32,000 nt of DNA from Hymenobacter glaciei (GTDB lineage: Bacteria > Bacteroidota > Bacteroidia > Cytophagales > Hymenobacteraceae): NCBI RefSeq assembly GCF_039539585.1, contig NZ_BAABDK010000010.1:1-32000 (forward strand). The letters run 5' to 3'. Numbering within the stretch: the first letter of the stretch is position 1; every line of letters starts with the position of its first letter. Shown piece by piece: positions 22,211 through 31,995 of this stretch. The notes beneath the pieces are model-generated. The model worked only from the letters and a program-made list of their open reading frames with translations, searched no databases and was not told the origin of the DNA. The position numbers and the translations under genes are program-made.

Positions 22211-24838
22211 TCAAGCCTCCTCCAAAGCTGTCGGGACGGCGGTAGGCGCGTCGGGCTCAGCAGCAACAAGCTCCGGTTCCGGCTCGGCTGCCGTTTGCGT
22301 GGTCGTCCACGTCACCTCCTCATTGTCCTTGGCTTTGTGCAGTTCCAGCACCGTGCCCGGCCGGGCTTCCCCGCTGATGATGAGCCGCGAGATGGGCCGG
22401 CGCAGCTGCTGCCGAATTACGCCCGTAATGGGGCGCGCGCCATACTTGGGCGTGAAGCCCGAAAGGGCCAGGTGCTGCCGGGCCTCCGTGCTCAACGACA
22501 AGGTGATGCCCTGGCGCCGCAGTTGCTCCGTGAGGGGGCGCAAGTGAATGTCGAAGATGCGGCCCACGTTTTCCTCCGAAATAGGAGCGAAGGGCACAAT
22601 TTCAGTGAGGCGGGCCAGAAACTCGGGGCGGAAGAACCGGGTCATAGTTTCCATCAGGTCCGTAGAAGCCGGCACTTTACCCGTCGCGAAAGAGGCTGCA
22701 ATCTGCTCCGAACCAATGTTGGAGGTGAACAGGATGACGGCGTTCGAGAAGTCGCCCTCACGGCCCAGCCGGTCGCTGAGCCGGCCTTCGTCCAGAATCT
22801 GCAGGAAGATGTCGAACACCGAGGGGTGGGCCTTCTCAATCTCATCGAACAGCACCACCGAGTAGGGCTTCTCCCGGATTTTATTCACCAGCAGGCCGCC
22901 TTCCTCGTAGCCCACGTAGCCGGGAGGCGCGCCGTACAGCAGGGCCGCCGAATGCTCTTCCTTGAACTCCGACATGTCGAAGCGAATCAGGAACGACTCG
23001 TCGTTGAACAGAAAGTCGGCCAGCGCCTTCGCCAGCTCGGTTTTGCCGGTACCGGTGGGGCCCAGCAAAAAGAACGAGCCAATGGGCTGCCCAGCCTTCG
23101 TTAGGCCCGAGCGCGACTCCAGAATGGCGGCGCACATGGCCCGCACGGCATATTCCTGCCCCACCACGCGCTGCTGCAGAATCTGGTCCATGCGTAGCAG
23201 CTTCTCGCGCTCGTTGCTTTGCAGCTTGCCCAGCGGAATGCCGGTTTTGCCCGATACAATGGCCGCGATGTCGTGCTTTTCCACGCTTTCCTTGCGGACA
23301 TCCGCGAAGGCCAGCACGGCCGTCAGCATATCACGCAGGTAAGTTTCCAGTTCATTGCTGGTTTCCAGCGTTTCGGGCTGCTCTTCGCTTTCGAGCTGGT
23401 TTAGCCACAATTGGCTCACCTGGTTCTGCACCTGGTACAGGAACCAGCGCAGCTCGCGCAGGTAGTCGGGCTCGGCCAACTCGTTGTGCCGGGCCACGAG
23501 GGCTTCAAAGTCGGTTTGCAGCTGCGAGAGGCCCGCCACGGCCTGCTCGTCGAGCATGCGAATGGCAGCCATGGTGCGGTCGACCAAGTCAATGGCCGAG
23601 TCGGGCAGCTGCCGGTCCTTCAGGTAGCGCTTGGCCAGGCGCACTGCCTCGCCAATGGTGCCCTCGCCCAGCGTGAGGCCGTGGTGCGTGGCATAAATGG
23701 GCAGCACGCGCTCCAGCATGCGCTCGGCCACCACCACAGTGGGCTCTTCCACCCGCACAATGTCGAAGCGGCGGTTGAAGGCCTCGTCTTTTTCGATGTA
23801 TTGCCGGTACTCATCGTTGGTTGTCGCCCCGATAACCGTGAGCTCGCCCCGAGCCAGCTCAGGCTTGAGCAGCTGCGCAATGCCGCTACCGGCACTGCCT
23901 TTAGGGTCGAGCAGTACATGAATTTCGTCGATGAACAGGATGGCGCGGGTGTACTGCTTCAGCTCCGTCAGCACCTTCTTTATGCGGTCTTCAACCTCGC
24001 CTTTGTAAGAAGCGCCGGCCACCAGCGTGCCCAAATCCAGCTCAAACAACGTCACTTCGCGCAAATGCACCGGCACTTGCCCTTGGGCAATCTGCTGGGC
24101 AAAGCCTTCTACCAGCGCCGACTTGCCCACGCCCGGCTCGCCAATAAGCAGCACGTTAGGCTTGGTGCGCCGGCCCAGAATCTCGGCCACCAGCCGGATT
24201 TCGCGGTCCCGGCCTACAATCGGGTCGAGCTTGCCAGTGCGGGCCTGGGCGGTTTTGTCGGTGCAGTAGGTGGCCAGCGCACCTCCCTTGGCAGTTGGGG
24301 CAGCACCAGCGCTACCCGTGGCCTCATTTCCTTCGGCAGTAGGGGCGGGGGCCGGCATTTCAGCCTGTGCGGCGTCCATCAGCTCCTTCTGGGTGAGGGG
24401 CAGCGATTTCAGCTGCTCCGCCGTGAAAGCCAGGCCCGGCCGCAGCAGGGCCGCCAGGGTCGCCAGCGGGTCGACCTGGTCGCGGGACAGCTGCAGGGCC
24501 ACCAGCTCGGCCATTTCCAGCACCTGCTTCACGCCCGGGTCGGGGGTGGGCATTTCGGGTGGGCGGGCGGCCTTGGGCTGGTCTTCGAGGCGCACCTCGG
24601 CCCACTCGCGCAGGTAGTGAATGTCCTTGTCGAGCACGGCTACCAGCCAGGAGGCGAGGCCAATTTCATTGTGTAGCAGGGCGGTGAGCAGGTGCGGGGC
24701 CGCGTAATGCTCCTGGCGGTATTCGTGTGCTACCGCTTGTGCGATGTGCAGGCTGCGTTTGAGGTTGTCGGAGTAGGCCAACGGATGAAGGGGAAAGGTG
24801 AGCTGCAAAGTTGCGTAGTTTCCGCTTCGCATCTCCAC
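22211..24838 (-). CDS. clpV: T6SS AAA+ ATPase ClpV (TssH)
   Basis: 875 aa and ClpB-like, with a Clp_N-like N-terminus. It has two Walker A motifs (GEPGVGKSA and [13 protein letters not shown]) and the conserved blocks ILFIDEIH and [12 protein letters not shown]. The start is GTG at 24838 or ATG at 24832. There is a Pro/Glu/Ala-rich C-terminal tail. Confidence 0.9.
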   Translation of the reverse strand: MEMRSGNYATLQLTFPLHPLAYSDNLKRSLHIAQAVAHEYRQEHYAAPHLLTALLHNEIGLASWLVAVLDKDIHYLREWAEVRLEDQPKAARPPEMPTPDPGVKQVLEMAELVALQLSRDQVDPLATLAALLRPGLAFTAEQLKSLPLTQKELMDAAQAEMPAPAPTAEGNEATGSAGAAPTAKGGALATYCTDKTAQARTGKLDPIVGRDREIRLVAEILGRRTKPNVLLIGEPGVGKSALVEGFAQQIAQGQVPVHLREVTLFELDLGTLVAGASYKGEVEDRIKKVLTELKQYTRAILFIDEIHVLLDPKGSAGSGIAQLLKPELARGELTVIGATTNDEYRQYIEKDEAFNRRFDIVRVEEPTVVVAERMLERVLPIYATHHGLTLGEGTIGEAVRLAKRYLKDRQLPDSAIDLVDRTMAAIRMLDEQAVAGLSQLQTDFEALVARHNELAEPDYLRELRWFLYQVQNQVSQLWLNQLESEEQPETLETSNELETYLRDMLTAVLAFADVRKESVEKHDIAAIVSGKTGIPLGKLQSNEREKLLRMDQILQQRVVGQEYAVRAMCAAILESRSGLTKAGQPIGSFFLLGPTGTGKTELAKALADFLFNDESFLIRFDMSEFKEEHSAALLYGAPPGYVGYEEGGLLVNKIREKPYSVVLFDEIEKAHPSVFDIFLQILDEGRLSDRLGREGDFSNAVILFTSNIGSEQIAASFATGKVPASTDLMETMTRFFRPEFLARLTEIVPFAPISEENVGRIFDIHLRPLTEQLRRQGITLSLSTEARQHLALSGFTPKYGARPITGVIRQQLRRPISRLIISGEARPGTVLELHKAKDNEEVTWTTTQTAAEPEPELVAAEPDAPTAVPTALEEA

Positions 24839-24951
24839 TGGCTTGGGCTACTTTATCGAAAGCTACCCACCAACTAAAAAAAGTTAGCGTGCAATAAAAA
24901 GACAGGAAAATGCCGCGAATGGGCCTGTAGGAGAGGATTTAGAGTGATTTA

Positions 24952-24960
24952 CCCCCCCCC
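24952..24960. repeat. C9 homopolymer followed by T4 in the divergent clpV / tssB intergenic region
   Basis: gatttaCCCCCCCCCttttcgg, located 114 nt upstream of the clpV start and 146 nt upstream of the tssB ATG. Confidence 0.9.
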
Positions 24961-25105
24961 TTTTCGGTCAGGAAATAGATACCGAAGTACCAACTTTAAT
25001 CAATATATCGACGTAAGGGCGTTAGATTGCCACCTCAAAAGATGCCTCCACAGGTTGGAGCCAGCCATTTACCCAGGGCTGCCCAACCACCTCCTTATAT
25101 CGGCT

Positions 25106-25546
25106 ATGTATACTTACGGAATTGGTGGTCAGGAGCGTAAGCTCGACAACGCCTCCGAATCTATTTCGGACATTCCCCTCAACCGCACCCTGATGGTGCA
25201 GAAGCTCACTACCAACACCCCCATGCGGCCGGTGATTGTGGAAGGCCTCAAAACCCCCGAAGCAGTTTTCGCTCACTACAAGCCCGAAGTCGACGTTGAG
25301 TTCGACAACGCTTCCGGCGCATCTGTACGCGAAAAGCTGCATTTCGCCTCTTTGGGCGATTTTGGCAAAAAGGGCATCATCAGCCAGAGCAATTTCCTGC
25401 AGGAGTTGGCCACCGAAACCGACGACCTGCAGAAGCTGCTGCGCCAGCTCAAGTCAAACAAAATTCTGAAAACGGCGCTGGAAAACCCCGAAACCAAAGC
25501 AGCCTTTCTCTCGGCTGTGCAGGCCATGATGGACGAACTGGGCTAA
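25106..25546 (+). CDS. tssB: T6SS contractile sheath small subunit TssB
   Basis: I trimmed ORF 24944..25546 to the ATG at 25106 (MYTYGIGGQERK..., 146 aa). The size fits T6SS-iii TssB, and it contains ...KLHFASLGDFGKKGIISQSNFLQEL... It lies directly upstream of tssC. Confidence 0.75.
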   Translation: MYTYGIGGQERKLDNASESISDIPLNRTLMVQKLTTNTPMRPVIVEGLKTPEAVFAHYKPEVDVEFDNASGASVREKLHFASLGDFGKKGIISQSNFLQELATETDDLQKLLRQLKSNKILKTALENPETKAAFLSAVQAMMDELG

Positions 25547-25608
25547 TCCCGGTTCTACTCCACATCTGATTTCGGAAGCCCCACATCGCCTTTCCCCTTT
25601 TCTATTTT

Positions 25609-26982
25609 ATGGCACTTGAACAGCAAGACGCTGCCGTTACGGGCTACCGTACCCGCGAGGCGGCCGGCCCTGCCCTCGAACAAAGCACCCAAGCCCTCCT
25701 GAAAGTTGGCGGCTTCGACCTCCTCGAAACCACCATCGACGGAGCGTCCAACCTTAACCCGGAAAAGAAGGCCCGCAAAAAGATTTTCCTTTCCGAGGAT
25801 AACAAGAAAACCGACCGCAAGCAGCTGAAAAAACGCCTCGAGCTCTGGCACTCGCTGCTGAGCGAGTCGAATTCGGTAATTGAGGCCATTGAACAAGGCG
25901 AAAAGCGTGTTGATTCGTCCCAGCACCTGCTCACCGACAACTTGAAAAAGGCAGTGGAGGCCACGCACGAGCTGGAGCAAGCCTATCGCTCGGTGGCCTT
26001 GTTCTACCGCAACACCGACTTGGATGAGGTAAAGAACGTGTCCATCATGAACGCGGACAAGGACCAATTGCAGGACCTTGATAACACCACCTTCATCGAC
26101 GCCGTTTCGGCCGAAATGGAGCAGAACTACGACCGCCTCGACCTACGCGACAACTACTCGCTGCTGGTCGTGCCCGGTTACCTGGGCTCGAATAAGGTGA
26201 TTGACAAGTGGGCCAAAATTGCCCACAAGAATAAGGTGATGATGGTTACCGATTTCGAGCATTACGAGACGCCCGAAGACGTTATCGAGCTTTTCGAAGA
26301 AGCCAACCTGACCGGCGCCGAAGCCCACAAATCCAACGTGATTATGGCTGCTAACTGGCTCGTGGGCCGTGGCAAACTGGAAGAGATTGGCGAAGAGGAA
26401 GACCTGTTCGTGCCGCCATCGTCGGCACTGGCAGGCCGTATCTACACCACGCTGGCCTCGCAGGTAACTGCCGGCCGCAAGCACGGCACCCTGAACGAAG
26501 TGGACGGCGTGAAATTCCCGCTCCGCAAAAGCGAAATTGCCAACCTCGAGAAGCTGGGCCTTGTGCCCATGGTGAACGAGTACGGCCGGGTAATGGCTTT
26601 CTCGGCCAAAACCCTGTTCAACGGCGATAACATTGGCCTGCAGACTTACTCGGTGGTACGCGTATTCGACTACGTAACCAAGGTGCTGATTGACTTCCTC
26701 AACCGGCGCGCCTTCGAAAACTGGGACCATAACATGCGCATGGATATTCAGAACCAGATTGTGCGGTTCTTGGATGGCATTGCCGGCCCGGGTAAGTTGA
26801 TTGAGAAATTCTCGGTCAAGAAGTTTGAGCGCGACCCCGACCAGAAGGACCGCATCATTCTCGACATCCACATGGTGCCGTACTTCCCGGCCAAAACCTT
26901 CCTCGTGTCATTAGATGGTACCAAGGGCGACGACCCGGACAACCCCGGCCGCGATTGGAACGCCGAATACGCACAACAATAA
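25609..26982 (+). CDS. tssC: T6SS contractile sheath large subunit TssC
   Basis: 457 aa, following tssB by 62 nt, with sheath-like sequence (NYSLLVVPGYLGSNKVIDKWAKIAHKNKVMMVTDF...GLVPMVNEYGRVMAFSAKTLF...). Size and context match Bacteroidota TssC. Confidence 0.8.
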   Translation: MALEQQDAAVTGYRTREAAGPALEQSTQALLKVGGFDLLETTIDGASNLNPEKKARKKIFLSEDNKKTDRKQLKKRLELWHSLLSESNSVIEAIEQGEKRVDSSQHLLTDNLKKAVEATHELEQAYRSVALFYRNTDLDEVKNVSIMNADKDQLQDLDNTTFIDAVSAEMEQNYDRLDLRDNYSLLVVPGYLGSNKVIDKWAKIAHKNKVMMVTDFEHYETPEDVIELFEEANLTGAEAHKSNVIMAANWLVGRGKLEEIGEEEDLFVPPSSALAGRIYTTLASQVTAGRKHGTLNEVDGVKFPLRKSEIANLEKLGLVPMVNEYGRVMAFSAKTLFNGDNIGLQTYSVVRVFDYVTKVLIDFLNRRAFENWDHNMRMDIQNQIVRFLDGIAGPGKLIEKFSVKKFERDPDQKDRIILDIHMVPYFPAKTFLVSLDGTKGDDPDNPGRDWNAEYAQQ

Positions 26983-27072
26983 TTTTCTTATTCGGACAAA
27001 CAGTTTGTTAATCAGCTCCGTATTTCCATTAGATTTAATATCGAAAAAGAACGATAAACAAATCTAATGTCT

Positions 27073-27080
27073 TAATTTTG
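27073..27080 (+). promoter_or_regulatory. Candidate Bacteroidota -7 promoter element (TAnnTTTG) upstream of hcp
   Basis: TAATTTTG lies within an unusually AT-rich 150-bp tssC-hcp spacer, 53 nt upstream of the hcp ATG. I found no convincing -33 TTTG element at the expected spacing. Confidence 0.3.
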
Positions 27081-27132
27081 CCTTGAGTTTTTCAAGTTTT
27101 CTTCCACATTTTTCCACAAACCCCTTTACCAC

Positions 27133-27534
27133 ATGGCCTCATTTAGTGCTGTTTTCGACGCTGCTGGCAGCGAAGAGTGTGAAGTTGTAAGCTGCGGCTA
27201 CACCTTCAATCAAACCACCGACGATAAAGGACGTCCTTCGTCCGTCGTGCAGGGTGGTGTTATCAAAGTAACCATCGTATCGACTGATAGCGTGAAGCTT
27301 ATCAGCTGGATGCTGGATCCCTACAAGCGGGCCGATGGTAAAATCGTGTTCAAGCGCGGTGACCAGGATTCGAAAATGAAGGAGATTGCCTTCAAAGAAG
27401 CCTACTGCGTGGGTTACACCGAGACCTTCGACGCTCGTGGCAGCGGCGACCAGGCTTCGATGGTGTTGAGCCTGGTTATCTCGGCCAACAAAGTCGACGT
27501 GAACGGCGCTAACCACGACCAGAAGTGGGTGTAA
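27133..27534 (+). CDS. hcp: Hcp/TssD tube protein (133 aa), the main tube candidate
   Basis: MASFSAVFDAAGSEECEVVSCGYTFNQTTDDKGRPSSVVQGGVIKVTIVS...FKEAYCVGYTETF...VISANKVDVNG follows the canonical Bacteroidota TssD pattern. It is the last gene of the tssB-tssC-hcp unit and is followed by a strong terminator. Confidence 0.85.
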   Translation: MASFSAVFDAAGSEECEVVSCGYTFNQTTDDKGRPSSVVQGGVIKVTIVSTDSVKLISWMLDPYKRADGKIVFKRGDQDSKMKEIAFKEAYCVGYTETFDARGSGDQASMVLSLVISANKVDVNGANHDQKWV

Positions 27535-27559
27535 TACCCCGCCTGTAGCATTTGATAAA

Positions 27560-27588
27560 CCCCGTTGGCCTTGCCAGCGGGGTTTTTT
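27560..27588 (+). terminator. Rho-independent terminator after hcp
   Basis: ccccgttgg-ccttg-ccagcgggg (9-bp stem with one G-U pair) followed by TTTTTT. Confidence 0.75.
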
Positions 27589-27669
27589 GTTGCCCGGCAT
27601 TGTACGGTTGATACAGCCGGGCACCGGTCGAATCCGTACTTTTAGGAATCCATTCCCACCCGCAACACT

Positions 27670-28875
27670 ATGGCTTATTACCACCGCCTCGGCCAGATTC
27701 CGCGCAAGCGGCACACCCAGTTCCGCCAGCCCGACGGCTCTCTGTACTCGGAGCAGCTGGTGGGCACGCAGGGCTTTCATGGCGTGTCGTCGCTGCTGTA
27801 CCACGTACACCCGCCTACCCAGATTAAGCACGTGGGCACGCCCAAGCCTTATGCACCCAAGCTGCTGAAGGACCGGCCGCTGCAACCCGAGCACCTGCGC
27901 ACTTTAGCTCAGACCACCACCGGGGGAGACTACCTGGCCGCCCGCCAGACGCTGCTCGGCAACGCCGACGTGACCATGAGCATCTGCAACCCCACGGAGC
28001 GGCGGATGAATTACTACTACAAGAATGCCCAGGCCGACGAAGTCATTTTCGTGCACGAAGGCAGTGGCGAGCTGTGGAGCCAGCTGGGCAAAGTCGTGTT
28101 CGAGGCCGGCGACTACGTGGTGGTGCCGCGCACGGTCATTCACCAGTTCCACTTCGACGAAGGCCCGGTGCGGCTGATGATTGTGGAGTCGTTCAGCCCG
28201 GTGGAGACGGTGCGGCGCTACCGCAACCACTTCGGCCAGCTGTTGGAGCACTCCCCCTACTGCGAGCGCGATATTCGCCCCCCAAGCGAACTGATTAGCG
28301 GCGATTTTCCCGAAGGCGACTACGTGGTGCACGTAAAGAAAGAAGGCCTGCTGCACGAGCTCACCTACGCCCACTGCCCCTTCGACGTGGTGGGCTGGGA
28401 CGGTTATTTCTACCCGTACGCCTTCAGCATCCACGACTTCGAGCCGATAACCGGCCGCCTGCACCAGCCGCCGCCCGTGCACCAGACCTTTGAGGGGCAC
28501 AACTACGTCATCTGCTCGTTTGTGCCGCGCTTGTTCGACTACCATCCGCTTAGCATTCCGGCGCCCTACAACCACGCCAACGTCGATTCTGACGAGGTGC
28601 TGTACTACGTGGCGGGCAATTTTATGTCGCGCAAAGGCGTTGATTTGGCTTCCTTTACTTGGCACCCGACAGGCCTGCCGCACGGCCCGCACCCCGGTAC
28701 GGTGGAGGCTAGCATCGGCAAAAAGGAAACCCATGAACTGGCCGTAATGGTCGACACCTTCCGCCCGCTCTACCTCACCGAGGCGGCGCTGCCCTATGTA
28801 GATGGGCGCTACCCCATGAGCTGGAACCCGGGTTTCGTGCCCGACCCGCCCAAAGCGGCGGATATGATGGATTAG
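27670..28875 (+). CDS. hmgA: Homogentisate 1,2-dioxygenase
   Basis: 401 aa. The sequence MAYYHRLGQIPRKRHTQFRQPDGSLYSEQLVGTQGFHGVSSLLYH...HPTGLPHGPHPG is characteristic of the bacterial HmgA family as I recall it. GC content matches the host. Confidence 0.7.
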   Translation: MAYYHRLGQIPRKRHTQFRQPDGSLYSEQLVGTQGFHGVSSLLYHVHPPTQIKHVGTPKPYAPKLLKDRPLQPEHLRTLAQTTTGGDYLAARQTLLGNADVTMSICNPTERRMNYYYKNAQADEVIFVHEGSGELWSQLGKVVFEAGDYVVVPRTVIHQFHFDEGPVRLMIVESFSPVETVRRYRNHFGQLLEHSPYCERDIRPPSELISGDFPEGDYVVHVKKEGLLHELTYAHCPFDVVGWDGYFYPYAFSIHDFEPITGRLHQPPPVHQTFEGHNYVICSFVPRLFDYHPLSIPAPYNHANVDSDEVLYYVAGNFMSRKGVDLASFTWHPTGLPHGPHPGTVEASIGKKETHELAVMVDTFRPLYLTEAALPYVDGRYPMSWNPGFVPDPPKAADMMD

Positions 28876-28976
28876 TCAAATTCTGCCTAACTTGTAGGAA
28901 GAGGTCTCGTAGTTGCTCCCAAACTTTTTAGTGGCAGGGGTGCGTATACGAAGCTCAATCATTATTCCAACTATTT

Positions 28977-29516
28977 ATGAAGAAGCTGCTTTTTCTCGCC
29001 CCTGTGCTGGTGCTACTAACGGTGTTCGGCTGCAAAAAGAGCGTGCTCGATGACCTGCTGACGTTTACCGTGGACGTATCGCAGAATTCCCGCATCCCAC
29101 CGCCCAGCATCTTCTATACCGGCCTGCCCAAGCCGGTATCCGTCATTACGAACTCGGAGGCGTCGTTCCGTAACAACAAAACCACGCGCGACAAGGTCAA
29201 GAACGTGCTGCTCGACCAGATGCAGCTGACGCTGGTGAGTCCAACTAACCTCAACTACGATTTCCTCGACAGCCTGAAGGTGTACATCAACACGCCCAAG
29301 GTTAATAACCGTATTCTGCTCGCCTACCTCTATAATCCGCCCAGGGGCGTGAAAACCCTGACGCTGGTTCCGACCACCGAACGGCTCGACGACTATCTGA
29401 AGGCTGAGACGTATGAGTTGACGGTGTATAGCCGGCAGCGGCCCAATTATTTTATCAGGGATTCGCTCACTATTCGTTCCGATACCCGCTTTAAGGTTAC
29501 TGCCAACTCGTTGTAG
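28977..29516 (+). CDS. Hypothetical lipoprotein (179 aa)
   Basis: MKKLLFLAPVLVLLTVFGCKK has a signal peptide and a lipobox-like VFGC. No family recognised. Confidence 0.55.
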   Translation: MKKLLFLAPVLVLLTVFGCKKSVLDDLLTFTVDVSQNSRIPPPSIFYTGLPKPVSVITNSEASFRNNKTTRDKVKNVLLDQMQLTLVSPTNLNYDFLDSLKVYINTPKVNNRILLAYLYNPPRGVKTLTLVPTTERLDDYLKAETYELTVYSRQRPNYFIRDSLTIRSDTRFKVTANSL

Positions 29517-29540
29517 AAGGTTCGCCTCCCGAAAATAAAA

Positions 29541-29575
29541 AGGCCCTTTTCGCACGTGCGAAAAGGGCCTTTTTT
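29541..29575. terminator. Bidirectional rho-independent terminator between convergent genes
   Basis: The perfect palindrome aggcccttttcgcac/gtgcgaaaagggcct is flanked by aaaataaaa on the left and ttttt on the right. Confidence 0.8.
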
Positions 29576-29601
29576 CTGTATTTAATCGCGAGCCAGGTCC
29601 G

Positions 29602-30327
29602 TTATTTCACCACGGCCAGGCGGTTGAAGTAATCAATCATGCGGGCCACGTCGGTGGGCTTGTCGTAGAGCAGCTCCTTGGTTTGGGCAAAGGCATTCAC
29701 GGCCTCGGCCCGGTTGCCGAACAGGCGCTGCACCGCCGAGCGGCTCAGTTCCAGGGGGCGCAGGGGCTCGGTTGGATTGTTGCCGGCTCCTACCAGCAAT
29801 AGCGGGGCCATCGAGAGGCGGCCGGCCACGGCATCGGCTCCCGAGGTGTAAAGCCAGGCCAGCAACAGTGGCCCGGCGTCAACCATGGTGAGTACCTCGA
29901 CAAACTCGCGGCGCTGGCCGGCACTTCCTTCCTTCACCAGGCGCGGGCGGAAGCGGCGCGGGGGCGTAGCCTCGCCGGGCTCGCCCAGGTCGAAGCCCCG
30001 CAGGCTGCCCACGGGCCAGAGGTGGGTCGAATCCGTATTGATAGAGTCCTGCGCTTCGAGCAGGCGCATGCCGGCGTGGTAGCGTAGGCCGGGCACAGGC
30101 CGGTAGCGCCCGTCGAAGGTGCGCAGTGAGCCCGGTTGCAGCGAGCCATCGCCAAAAAAACCCGAGCCCTGAGCTTTCAGGCTGGCACGCAGGGTAGCTT
30201 CCTGCGGCTCGTGGTTGGCTTGCGCATATACCGTGCGGGCCTCGGCAATGTCACGGTTGGCCTGGGCCAATGCCGGCTGGGTACCAGCTGCAAAGCCAAG
30301 CAGAAGCAACAGAAAGGTAAATTTCAC
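29602..30327 (-). CDS. Hypothetical secreted protein
   Basis: ORF 29602..30363. The GTG at 30327 gives a canonical signal peptide, (M)KFTFLLLLLGFAAGTQPALAQA, so it is the preferred start. No family recognised. Confidence 0.5.
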   Translation of the reverse strand: MKFTFLLLLLGFAAGTQPALAQANRDIAEARTVYAQANHEPQEATLRASLKAQGSGFFGDGSLQPGSLRTFDGRYRPVPGLRYHAGMRLLEAQDSINTDSTHLWPVGSLRGFDLGEPGEATPPRRFRPRLVKEGSAGQRREFVEVLTMVDAGPLLLAWLYTSGADAVAGRLSMAPLLLVGAGNNPTEPLRPLELSRSAVQRLFGNRAEAVNAFAQTKELLYDKPTDVARMIDYFNRLAVVK

Positions 30328-30453
30328 GAATAGTCCTACTAAAACGGTGATAAAGAAAAACAATTGACTAGCACACCATCAAAAATACAATCGGCGGAGC
30401 ATTATTGATGTTGTTGTCTTCGCTTTTCAAGCACCGTGCCACAGCTGCGGCAA

Positions 30454-31995
30454 TTAACGGTTGCGACCGTACTGTTCGTGGCTGCTTACCCAGTCGGAAC
30501 TTGAGATGGCGGCGCCCAGGCTTAGCTCGCCGGCCAGCACCACGCCGGCCACTATTTCGGCAAATTTGCGCACCGTGCCCCGGCCCACGCAGCCCAGCAT
30601 GCGCAGGCACTCGTTTTGGGTGGCCAAGCCGGTGCCGCCGCCGTGGGTGGCCACAATCAGCGACGGAATGGTGATGCTGATGTAGAGGTCGCCGTCTTTG
30701 GTGACTTCCGAATACAGGATGCCGGCGCTCGATTCGCTCACGTTGGCTACGTCCTGCCCCGTGGCAATGAACATGGCCGTGATGCCGTTGGCCGAGTGCG
30801 CGCCGTTGTTGTTGGCCCCCGAAAGGAAAGCGCCCACGTTGCTCACCTGCCCGTGATAGGCCAGCTGCTCGGGCGTCACGCGCATGCGCTGCATCAGCAC
30901 GTCGCGCTTGATGACGGCCTCGGCCACCACGCGCTTGCCCCGGGTCCGCATCACGTTGATTTGCGAGGCCTTCTTGTCGGTGGCGAAGTTCGATTCGAGG
31001 TAGAAGTGCTCGACCTTCGCGCCCTTGTAGTTTTCGAGAATCCAGGAGCAGGCAGCAAAGGTGGCACGGCCCACCATGTTTTGCCCGGCCGCATCGCCGG
31101 TGCTGAAGTTGAAGCGCAGGTAGGCGAACTTATTGCTGAGGTAGGTATCGATGTATTGCAGCTTGGCCACGCTCGACGTGCTTTCGGCCTGCGGCCGAAT
31201 CAGGTTGATGTTATCCTCCACCCATTTGCCGAAGTCGCGGGCTCCTCGCGCGTCATCAAATACAAACACCGGCGCGCGCTGCATGGCGTCGCCAATAACG
31301 GTGCACTTCACGCCGCCGCACAGGTTCAGCAGCTGGATGCCGCGGTTGTAGCTCGCCACCAGCGTGCCTTCGGTGGTGGCCATCGGAATCAGGAAATCGC
31401 CCTGAGCGTGTTCGCCGTTCACGGTGAGCGGCCCGGCCAGGCCCACCGGAATCTGGGCTACCCCCATGAAGTGCTCGCAGTTGCCCTGCAGTTGGTGGGG
31501 GTCGAAGGAGTAGTGCTTGAGGTGCTGGAACTGCTGCCCCGAGAACTCCTCGGCGAAACGCTGGCGGGCGGCAATGGCGGCCTCGGCGTAGTCGTCTTCG
31601 TTCGAGCGCGGAATGCGCGGCTTCGAGCTGGCTACCCCCACAATGGCGTCTTCCACCTCCACGTGCAGGTCGCCGAAGGCATCGGTGGCAAACCACATCT
31701 GCACGCGGTGCATGCCCTCGGGCAGAGTCGGCGTATCGAGCAACACCGTGATGGAGCGGCCCACGGGGAGCTCCACGGCCTGGCCATCGGCATCAATCGC
31801 GGTGGCGGCGCGCTGTTCGCCGTTGCCCAGGTCGACCCGGATTTTGTCGGCTGGCACTTCCAAGTCGCCAATCTGCACCTTTGTGAAGCTGGTCACCTTC
31901 ACTGTATCAAGCCGGTTTTTGAGGCTGAAGGCGACACCCGCATTCTCGGGCTGGTTGTGCAGGCTGCCGCGCGTGTAGAGCAGCTTGAGAAGCAT
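30454..31995 (-). CDS. Hydroxymethylglutaryl-CoA reductase (class I type) with an extra ~130-aa N-terminal domain
   Basis: The catalytic region has HFMGVAQIPVGLAGPLTVNGEHAQGDFLIPMATTEGTLVASYNRG, STGDAAGQNMV and VATHGGGTGL, all typical of class I HMGR. The N-terminal ~130 aa are soluble-looking and not a membrane anchor. Confidence 0.8.
   Translation of the reverse strand: MLLKLLYTRGSLHNQPENAGVAFSLKNRLDTVKVTSFTKVQIGDLEVPADKIRVDLGNGEQRAATAIDADGQAVELPVGRSITVLLDTPTLPEGMHRVQMWFATDAFGDLHVEVEDAIVGVASSKPRIPRSNEDDYAEAAIAARQRFAEEFSGQQFQHLKHYSFDPHQLQGNCEHFMGVAQIPVGLAGPLTVNGEHAQGDFLIPMATTEGTLVASYNRGIQLLNLCGGVKCTVIGDAMQRAPVFVFDDARGARDFGKWVEDNINLIRPQAESTSSVAKLQYIDTYLSNKFAYLRFNFSTGDAAGQNMVGRATFAACSWILENYKGAKVEHFYLESNFATDKKASQINVMRTRGKRVVAEAVIKRDVLMQRMRVTPEQLAYHGQVSNVGAFLSGANNNGAHSANGITAMFIATGQDVANVSESSAGILYSEVTKDGDLYISITIPSLIVATHGGGTGLATQNECLRMLGCVGRGTVRKFAEIVAGVVLAGELSLGAAISSSDWVSSHEQYGRNR

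Noticed and set aside
24944-25105. The long form of tssB starting at 24944.
   Set aside because: The extension starts at the C9/T4 tract, encodes an implausible sequence (MIYPPPFRSGNRYRS...), and would make TssB 200 aa. The ATG at 25106 gives a typical ~146-aa TssB.
26995-27007. Palindrome acaaac-a-gtttgt just after tssC, considered as a possible operator.
   Set aside because: The arms are only 6 bp in an AT-rich spacer, and nothing in the sequence supports a function.
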